A DNA stretch of 64,000 nucleotides from an uncultured Acidobacteriota bacterium (GTDB lineage: Bacteria > Acidobacteriota > Thermoanaerobaculia > Multivoradales > UBA5704): the NCBI GenBank assembly GCA_963700145.1, contig OY969474.1, positions 1,024,001 through 1,088,000 on the forward strand, in the 5' to 3' direction. The notes beneath the pieces were generated by a model, which worked only from the letters and a program-made list of their open reading frames with translations, was not told the DNA's origin and ran no database searches. Both the position numbers and the translations under genes were made by a program. Shown here in pieces: positions 56,362-64,000 of this stretch; within the stretch, counting starts at the first letter, position 1, and each line of letters opens with the position of its first letter.

Positions 56362-59300
56362 CCTCCGTGCTGATCAGGTCGTTTCCTCCGTAGTCCACGG
56401 GATTCGCGGTACAGATGGCAGCCTGAAAGGTCGCAATCCCTCCGTGCTGATCAGGTCGTTTCCGCCGCCGCCGGCTCCGGCAAGCGGCTCGTGTCCCAGG
56501 CCACCGAGTCGCAATCCCTCCGTGCTGATCAGGTCGTTTCCGCCTTCTCCTCGCTCTGCTTCGTAGAGGCCGCTGACATCGTCGCAATCCCTCCGTGCTG
56601 ATCAGGTCGTTTCCGCCTGGGATGCTGTGGATCGCGCTTCTCCAGATCCCACTGAACCTGTCGCAATCCCTCCGTGCTGATCAGGTCGTTTCCGCCCGTT
56701 CTACATGATCGGTTTCCTGATGGCCATGTCGTTCGTAGTCGCAATCCCTCCGTGCTGATCAGGTCGTTTCCGCCGGACAGTGCAGAGCCTGTTCTACCTT
56801 CTGCCAGAAGAGAGTCGCAATCCCTCCGTGCTGATCAGGTCGTTTCCGCCCACCCCGCACCGCATCATCCGCCCCCTCTCCGAGCTGCCGACGTCGCAAT
56901 CCCTCCGTGCTGATCAGGTCGTTTCCGCCTGCGACGGGAAGTGGGAGTGGTTCTGGACTCCTCAAAGAAAGTCGCAATCCCTCCGTGCTGATCAGGTCGT
57001 TTCCGCCGAAAGACATGACGGTGCTATTTCCCACCGATCTGATGAAGAAGTCGCAATCCCTCCGTGCTGATCAGGTCGTTTCCGCCCGACAGTCGCTGGA
57101 ACTCATTCGAAAGCTGGTCTTAAGGTCGCAATCCCTCCGTGCTGATCAGGTCGTTTCCGCCGCCCTCACGGCCCGCGAGTTGGCGGTCCAGCTCAAGAGT
57201 CGCAATCCCTCCGTGCTGATCAGGTCGTTTCCGCCGGTTCCTCTACAGGACCTACGTGATCAACACCATCAAGAGTCGCAATCCCTCCGTGCTGATCAGG
57301 TCGTTTCCGCCCAAGCCGAGAGGCGGCCGCACCACATCGGCGCATCCGAGATCGTCGCAATCCCTCCGTGCTGATCAGGTCGTTTCCGCCGTCGTCACAG
57401 CCGGACCTGACCTTCGAAGTCCTGCGCGGTGTCGCAATCCCTCCGTGCTGATCAGGTCGTTTCCGCCGCTCCGGGGGCGCCCCCACCTCCACCAACACGG
57501 CGTACGTCAAGAAAGTCGCAATCCCTCCGTGCTGATCAGGTCGTTTCCGCCCAACTTGGACGACGACGCTGGGCGCTGCCCGCCGGCTGGCGTCGCAATC
57601 CCTCCGTGCTGATCAGGTCGTTTCCGCCGGTAAGGTTCCAGGTGATTCATTTGCCCGTGACCGCCCACGAGGTCGCAATCCCTCCGTGCTGATCAGGTCG
57701 TTTCCGCCCACAAGGTCGAGCAGTCCGGCGAGTCGATGGGGGGCGACATCCTCGTCGCAATCCCTCCGTGCTGATCAGGTCGTTTCCGCCGGACTGGTCG
57801 CGTGGCGGCGACGCCATCGTCGTCCTCCGCGTCGCAATCCCTCCGTGCTGATCAGGTCGTTTCCGCCAGCGCTGCAGGCGTACGAGGAAGACTATCGCAG
57901 AGCCATGGGTCGCAATCCCTCCGTGCTGATCAGGTCGTTTCCGCCAAATCACACTGATGTCTCAGCAATTCCCCCGTGCTGATCGGGTCGTTTCCGCCGG
58001 TCTACTGCGACGATCAGTACACCTACGCTTACGACGAGTCGCAATCCCTCCGTGCTGATCAGGTCGTTTCCGCCTATCTCAACCGATCTCCGGCTACCTC
58101 CAAAGTTCTCTTCGTCGCAATCCCTCCGTGCTGATCAGGTCGTTTCCGCCACCAACTACAACTCGAGCGGCGTCCGCGCCGCGCCGATCAAGAGTCGCAA
58201 TCCCTCCGTGCTGATCAGGTCGTTTCCGCCGATTCCCGCGACCACCCAAGCCGAGGGGCCCAAGCAGAGTCGCAATCCCTCCGTGCTGATCAGGTCGTTT
58301 CCGCCCCGCTGCCGGAACCATTGTGGTGGACGCATCGCTCAGGTACCACAAGTCGCAATCCCTCCGTGCTGATCAGGTCGTTTCCGCCGGCGGTGGCGAG
58401 GGATCGCCAGCGCACCATCGAGCGGCAGAAGTCGCAATCCCTCCGTGCTGATCAGGTCGCTTCCGCCGTCCTCCTGCTCGCCGGGTGCGCGACGGGAGCG
58501 CCGGCGTCGCAATCCCTCCGTGCTGATCAGGTCGTTTCCGCCGGTGCCGGGCGGACCGAGGATGCCGCCGCAGGCTACGTCGCAATCCCTCCGTGCTAAT
58601 CAGGTCGTTTCCTCCGGGCGCACCAGCATGCGTTGAGCGAGGAGTTTGCGGCGTCGCAATCCCTCCGTGCTGATCAGGTCGTTTCCTCCTTCGTGAACGC
58701 CCTAAACACGGCGTTCGCGAACAGCAGGATAAGGTCGCAATCCCTCCGTGCTGATCAGGTCGTTTCCGCTGACAAGTCGTTTGCAGTGCAGTTCCTGTCG
58801 CCATCAGCTCAAGCGCTCGTCGCAATCCCTCCGTGCTGATCAGGTCGTTTCCGCCCAGGGAGTCCCTGGCGGCGGCAGTCCCAAAGGGCCCGCTGGCCCT
58901 CGTCGCAATCCCTCCGTCCTGATCAGGTCGTTTCCGCCGGCCGCAAGTGGCTCAACGACGTCGTCACCTCCAACTCGTCGCAATCCTCCGTGCTGATCAG
59001 GTCGTTTCCGCCCACGTTGGATTACGGCCGCTACAGCGGTACAAGGACAGAAGTCGCAATCCCTCCGTGCTGATCAGGTCGTTTCCGCCCGAGAGCAGTT
59101 TCTCGCCGCTCGCCCTGGGCAGGGCATCCTGGGTCGCAATCCCTCCGTGCTGATCAGGTCGTTTCCGCCCGCCACAAGGGAAGAGGTGCTCCTGCGGTTC
59201 GCCCATGAAGAAGTCGCAATCCCCCCGTGCTGATCAGGTCGTTTCCGCCGATACCCCCCTCGGGCAGCGGCAAGGTCGCGTTCCGCAGAAGTCGCAATCC

Positions 59301-59720
59301 CTCCGTGCTGATCAGGTCGTTTCCGCCCCAGTCTTTGAAGAAATGCAATCAACTGGCATGCCGGCAGTCGCAATCCCTCCGTGCTGATCAGGTCGTTTCC
59401 GCCAGATGAGGCCCTAGCGGCCTTAACCCGGGAAGCCAAGCGTCGCAGTCGCAATCCCTCCGTGCTGATCAGGTCGTTTCCGCCGCTCGAGTGGGGCACC
59501 ACCGATATCCGGGTCAAGAAGTCGCAATCCCTCCGTGCTGATCAGGTCGTTTGCGCGGGTGATAGCCGTGCACGAACCGATGGGACTCAGCAACGGCCAA
59601 GAGCCGCAATCCCTCCGTGCTGATCAGGTCGTTTCCTCCGAGGTCTTCGCCATGAGCGAGGGCTGCAAGATGCTGGCCGAGTCGCAATCCCTCCGTGCTG
59701 ATCAGGTCGTTTCCTCCGGG

Positions 59721-61179
59721 GGGGTTGTCCCTCCCGCTGTTGAAAGAGCAATGAGGTGAAGGCGGCTCCTCGGCCCACCTGATCGAGAATCGGGTTGGTC
59801 GAATAACCGGCCCCGCCAGGGGGCCAAGGAGCCGTGATGAAGACGAGAGCAGAAAGGCGGGTGGTGTGGCAAGGGGGCCGTGCGGCGCGCATCAGCCACG
59901 GGCTACAAGCGCTGCTGCGGCCGATGGTCGAGGGCATCGAGGCCAGCCGCCAGGGGCTGCTGGAGCTGTTTCACGCCGCGGGCGTCGAGGCCCTGGGGCG
60001 GCAGCTCGCGGACGAGGTCGAGGCCGTCGTCGGTCCGAAGCGTCGGCGCAATCCGACCCGCGAGGCGTACCGCTGGGGCTCGACGGCGAGCGAGTTCGTG
60101 CTGGGTGGCCGCCAGGTGGCGCTGCCGCGACCGCGCGTCCGGCGACGCGACGGTGGCGAGATGAGCTTGCCTTCGGTGCGCGCCTTTCAGGACGAAGATC
60201 CCTTCACGGAGCGGGTGATCGAGCAGGCGCTGGTCGGCGTCTCGCAGCGCCGCTACGGTCGGAGCTTGGAGCCGCTCGCAGAGTCGGTGCCGGAGCGCGC
60301 GACGAGCAAGAGTGCGGTCCAGCGCCGGCTGGTGGCGGGGACGCGTCGTCTGCTGGGCGCGTGGCTGCGCCGAGACCTGTCGGACTTCCAGCCCCTGATC
60401 CTGATGATCGACGGGCTGGAGGTGGCCGGCCACACCCTGGTGGTGGCACTCGGCATCGCGCGCGACGGGACCAAGCGGGTGCTCGGCCTGCGTGAAGGCG
60501 CGACGGAGAACGCGGCGCTCTGTACCGGCCTGCTCCAGGAGCTGTTGGAGCGAGGCCTCGCGATGCCGCCGCGCTTCTTGGCGGTGCTCGACGGCGGCAA
60601 GGGGCTGCGCAAGGCCGTGCGCGCCGTCTTCGGGGACGCAACCCACGTCCAGCGCTGCCAGCTCCACAAGCGCCGCAACGTCCGCGACCACCTGCCCAAG
60701 CAGCTCCAAGCCCGGGTCGACCGCCTGATGGTCGAGGCCTACCAGAGCGCTCGCTTCGACCTCGCCAAGCGTCGCCTCGAGCAGCTTGCCCGCTGGCTCG
60801 AGCACGCAGGCCACGCGGGCGCCGCGGGCAGCCTGCGCGAGGGCCTCGACGAGACCCTCACCGCCTTGCGGCTGAAGCTGCCCGACGCTCTGCGCCGGTT
60901 GCTCGCCTCGACCAACGCGATCGAGAACACGATCGGCTCGATCCGTACGACGACGCGCAACGTCAAGCGCTGGCGCGGCGGCGACATGGTGCTGCGCTGG
61001 GTCGCCCTGGCGCTGTGTGACGCGGAGGCTGGCTTCCGGCGTGTCAAGGGACATCGGCACCTCGGGGCTCTCGAGCTCGCGCTCGCGGCGATCGAGGAAC
61101 CGACGAACACCAAGGCCGTGGCATGATCAACCGAGCCGCTTTCCCTCTTTCGGCTTTCAACAGGGAACGGGGCATCCCC
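59721..61179 (+). mobile_element. IS256-family element, copy 2 (1459 bp, inverted relative to copy 1)
   Basis: Same IRs; 9-bp TSD TCCTCCGGG at 59712-59720 and 61180-61188. Confidence 0.93.
59834..61126 (+). CDS. IS256-family DDE transposase (same protein as copy 1)
   Basis: Identical 430-aa translation. Confidence 0.93.
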   Translation: MMKTRAERRVVWQGGRAARISHGLQALLRPMVEGIEASRQGLLELFHAAGVEALGRQLADEVEAVVGPKRRRNPTREAYRWGSTASEFVLGGRQVALPRPRVRRRDGGEMSLPSVRAFQDEDPFTERVIEQALVGVSQRRYGRSLEPLAESVPERATSKSAVQRRLVAGTRRLLGAWLRRDLSDFQPLILMIDGLEVAGHTLVVALGIARDGTKRVLGLREGATENAALCTGLLQELLERGLAMPPRFLAVLDGGKGLRKAVRAVFGDATHVQRCQLHKRRNVRDHLPKQLQARVDRLMVEAYQSARFDLAKRRLEQLARWLEHAGHAGAAGSLREGLDETLTALRLKLPDALRRLLASTNAIENTIGSIRTTTRNVKRWRGGDMVLRWVALALCDAEAGFRRVKGHRHLGALELALAAIEEPTNTKAVA

Positions 61180-61537
61180 TCCTCCGGGGCCGCACGCGCG
61201 GAGCGACCGCGCCAACTCCTGGCAGTAGTCGCAATCCCTCCGTGCGGATCAGGTCGTTTCCGCCGGTTAGCAGTATGTACCGTATCCTTCGGTCGACAAA
61301 CTCTTCGTCGCAATCCCTCCGTGCTGATCAGGTCGTTTCCGCCGCAGTTGGTATTGCCTTAGCCAACATGAAAGGAGTAGATGCCGAGGTCGCAATCCCT
61401 CCGTGCTGATCAGGTCGTTTCCGCCTGCAGATCAACCCGAACGACCTGGCCAGCCTGAAGTGGGATTGGTTGCAATCCCTCCGTGCGGATCAGGTCGTTT
61501 CCGCCGTCAACGCCGCCGGCCCCAACACGCCGGGCTA

Positions 61538-62501
61538 CTACAGAAGTCGCAATCTCTCCGTGCTGATCAGGTCGTTTTCGCCGATTACACGAGACCTGGC
61601 CGGGCCGGCCAGCTCCACTTTCCCTAGCCCGAACGTGGCGCCCTTGCCGACGTGGACCACCTCGGCCGCCCGCAGGAGCGGCGCGAAGGGCGCGAGGTCG
61701 CCTTCGAGGACGAGGGTGCCCGTCACGCCGCCGAGCTTCATCCGGCTCCGTTGGCGGTGGCTGTAGCGCTCCCAGTCGAGCCAACGGAGGTCGGCGCGGG
61801 CCACGCGGACGGCCTCGGCCCGCTCGAGCCACGGGCGCAGCGCCCACTCGACCCGCGCGCCGGGGACGTGGAGCTGCGCCAGCTCGAGCGTGCGCCGCAG
61901 CATCGCGAAGACGAGGTCGCGGAACCCCGGCTGCGCCACGAGGCGGTCGCGCACCTTGAGGCGGAGGGGAGTGACGAAGCGCAGGGCCAGCGGCCCGGGC
62001 GGCAGCCCGTCGAGCGGAGGCAGAGAGGGGCCGGTCGTCTCCACGCGCTCCAGCCGAAAGCGCCCCCGGCCCGCTCCCAGCCCGCCGCGCGCCATCCGTT
62101 CGAGCGCGAGCGCGGCGTAGCCTTGCAGGTCCACCGCCTGCCGATGAGGAGCCAGGTCGAACGCGAGGGGGTCGCCGGGAGCGAGCGTCCCCGCCGTGCC
62201 GCGCGGCTCGAAGACGTACGGGCACGGGCCGCGGGTGAGGCCGCGCAGGAAGGGAGGGGGCGTGCCGCCGAGGAAGGTCTCGAAGAGCCCGCGGATGGAC
62301 GCAGGCCGGCCACAGGCTGCAGGTGGCGCAGGGCTGCGCCGGCCCCATGACGCAGACGGTGCGGCGCAGCGCGTGGCCGAAGGCGCTGCGGAGCATCGAG
62401 CCGTGGTAGGCGGGGAGCGAGGCCGGCTCCTCCGCACGCAAGGTGGCGCGCAGGCGCACGTACGGCAGGCGCGGCAGCTCGGGGAGCGGGCGCTCCGTCA
62501 C
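61538..62501 (-). pseudogene. cas6: Second cas6 paralogue, frameshifted
   Basis: The N-terminus (PYVRLRATL...GSMLRSAFG) and C-terminus (LFETF...HVGKGATFGLG) lie in different frames, with the shift near 62289; the C-terminus reads into the first repeat. Confidence 0.8.
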
Positions 62502-62609
62502 GACTGAGGACCTCCCGGCAGAATCGCTCGAAGATTCTCAGAGATTGTACTGGAGGTCGCCGGCGGTCCCCCTCGTGGTATGATTTTTTCCTACCGAAGG
62601 AGTGCGGTC

Positions 62610-62846
62610 ATGAGCGCCGCGGTCAAGAAGACCATCTCTCTCCCTGCGGAGCTCGCCCGGGAGGCGGAGGAGACCGCACAGGCTGAGGGGAAAACGCTCA
62701 GCGCCGTCGTCCAGGATGCCCTGCGCCTGGCTCGCAGGACGCGCCTCGAGCGGGAGCTGAAGGAGCTCCAGGGTTACTGGAGCCGTCGGGCGCGGGAGCG
62801 GGGGATTCTCACGGAAGACGACCTGGCTCCCTACCTCGGCGATTGA
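62610..62846 (+). CDS. Ribbon-helix-helix (CopG-like) antitoxin
   Basis: KKTISLPAEL, TLSAVVQDAL, GILTEDD; AAGGAG RBS; TGGTATGAT extended -10-like site at 62576. Confidence 0.8.
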   Translation: MSAAVKKTISLPAELAREAEETAQAEGKTLSAVVQDALRLARRTRLERELKELQGYWSRRARERGILTEDDLAPYLGD

Positions 62847-63238
62847 AGGTCGTCTTCGACACCAACATCTTCGTCTCCGCCCTGATGATTCCCGGCGGCC
62901 AAGCGGAGCGCGCGTTGCGCCGCGTCGTCGAGGGGCGGGACGAGCTCCTCGTCTCCAGGGCGATCATCTCGGAGCTCGTCGACGTGCTGGGGCGGAAGTT
63001 CGCACGCGACGCGGAGGAGCTTTCGCGCGTCGCTCTCTTCGTCGCCGATCTCGGCACGCTGATCGAACCTTCCAAGCAGGTCTCGGTGCTGGCGGACGAG
63101 CGCGACAACAACGTGCTGGCGTGCGCCCTCGCGGGCAAGGCCGACCTCGTCGTGACCGGTGACCACGCGATGCTCCGCCTGGGTGAGCACGAGGGGACGC
63201 GAATCGTCACTCCGAGGGACTACCTCGCGGAAGGCTAG
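62843..63238 (+). CDS. PIN-family putative toxin
   Basis: VVFDTNIFVSA, DERDNNVLACA, VTGD, IVTP. Confidence 0.88.
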   Translation: MKVVFDTNIFVSALMIPGGQAERALRRVVEGRDELLVSRAIISELVDVLGRKFARDAEELSRVALFVADLGTLIEPSKQVSVLADERDNNVLACALAGKADLVVTGDHAMLRLGEHEGTRIVTPRDYLAEG

Positions 63239-63350
63239 AGCCACAGGCAGACAAGCGGCCGGCGGCAACCGCGCCGCCTCGCCACATTTCAGCTCATTTC
63301 CCCTTCGCGCTAGCGAAGTCGTTTGCGCCGTCCTCACGGGCGCCGCCCTC

Positions 63351-64000
63351 GTTGCAATCCCTTCCTGCTGATCAGGTCGTTTCCGCCCTTCACGGACGTG
63401 GTCTTCGTCCTGCGGTTCCCCAGCATCAAGAGAGTCGCAATCCCTCGTTGCTGATCAGGTCGTTTCCGCCGCACCTGCTGGCGTCGCTCTCCGACCGGGA
63501 CATCGACCGCTACCGTCGCAATCCCTCGTTGCTGATCAGGTCGTTTCCGCCGCAGACGAGGAGTGCTTGACCTACGAGACCGCCACGGGTGAGTCGCAAT
63601 CCCTCGTTGCTGATCAGGTCGTTTCCGCCCACGGAGGTGGGCAAGGGTCGCTGCCAGGTGTCACACACGGCGTCGCAATCCCTCGTTGCTGATCAGGCCG
63701 TTTCCGCCCTGCAGAGCTGGTGGCAGCAATGGCCAGACGCAAACATTGGTTGTCGCAATCCCTCGTTGCTGATCAGGTCGTTTCCGCCAACGTCCAGACC
63801 GCCCGCTTCATCACTCCCTCCTACTGTCGCAATCCCTCGTTGCTGATCAGGTCGTTTCCGCCGGAGACGCGCTGTTTCCCCAGGAACCCGGAGCACAGGA
63901 GAAGTCGCAATCCCTCGTTGCTGATCAGGTCGTTTCCGCCGGCTCGGGCAACAGCAGCCATGCCCAGTTCTCCGTGGAGAAGTCGCAATCCCTCGTTGCT
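63351..64000 (-). CRISPR. CRISPR array 2 (variant repeat GTCGCAATCCCTCGTTGCTGATCAGGTCGTTTCCGCC), at least 9 repeats, truncated by the window
   Basis: Repeats at 63351 (degenerate), 63434, 63515, 63593, 63672, 63752, 63826, 63904 and 63982. Confidence 0.96.

Larger units (their letters stand above)
54491..61582 (-). CRISPR. CRISPR array 1, about 54 repeats of 37 bp (plus strand GTCGCAATCCCTCCGTGCTGATCAGGTCGTTTCCGCC), split by two IS copies
   Basis: Hand count of 6+43+5 repeats; spacers mostly about 35-48 bp. The minus-strand repeat ends in ATTGCGAC (type III-like 5' handle) and degenerate repeats sit at the low-coordinate trailer end. Confidence 0.97.

Noticed and set aside
56362-59720. Segment already inverted between the two IS copies
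   Set aside because: Repeats keep the same orientation throughout and each IS has its own matching TSD pair.
56183-59759. Many short ORFs with repeated SRNPSVLIRSFPP
   Set aside because: They are translations of the CRISPR repeats.
38306-64000. Adaptation module (cas1/cas2/cas4/RT) and Csx1/Csm6 or ring nuclease genes
   Set aside because: No such motifs were found in the window; they may lie beyond the right edge.

Overview
A very GC-rich bacterial window; the gene content resembles Acidobacteriota (Thermoanaerobaculia-like), which is an inference. 1-8.7 kb holds an uncharacterised operon (di-heme peroxidase-family protein, HEAT, SRPBCC, MFS and beta-propeller genes). 8.7-37.6 kb is mostly housekeeping (coaBC, rpoZ, gmk, yicC, msbA, lpxB, ihfB, rpsA, queG, bcp, Leu dehydrogenase, a small polysaccharide cluster, lysM) plus intergenic repeats. 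37.6-64 kb is a defence island: a minus-strand type III-B CRISPR-Cas operon in the order cas6, CHAT-SAVED protease, ECF sigma, anti-sigma/TM/TPR/CHAT fusion (with a probable nested 54-aa peptide), caspase-family protease, cmr1, HD-less cas10, cmr3, cmr4, cmr5, cmr6. A ~54-repeat array interrupted by two inverted IS256 copies follows, then a frameshifted second cas6, a PIN-type TA pair and a second array with a variant repeat that runs off the window. The main candidate for a new system is this three-protease, sigma-factor-coupled type III-B signalling cascade. It is related to the known SAVED-CHAT/PCaspase, CalpL/T/S and Craspase systems but has a different architecture. All calls come from motif recognition by eye; no searches were run.
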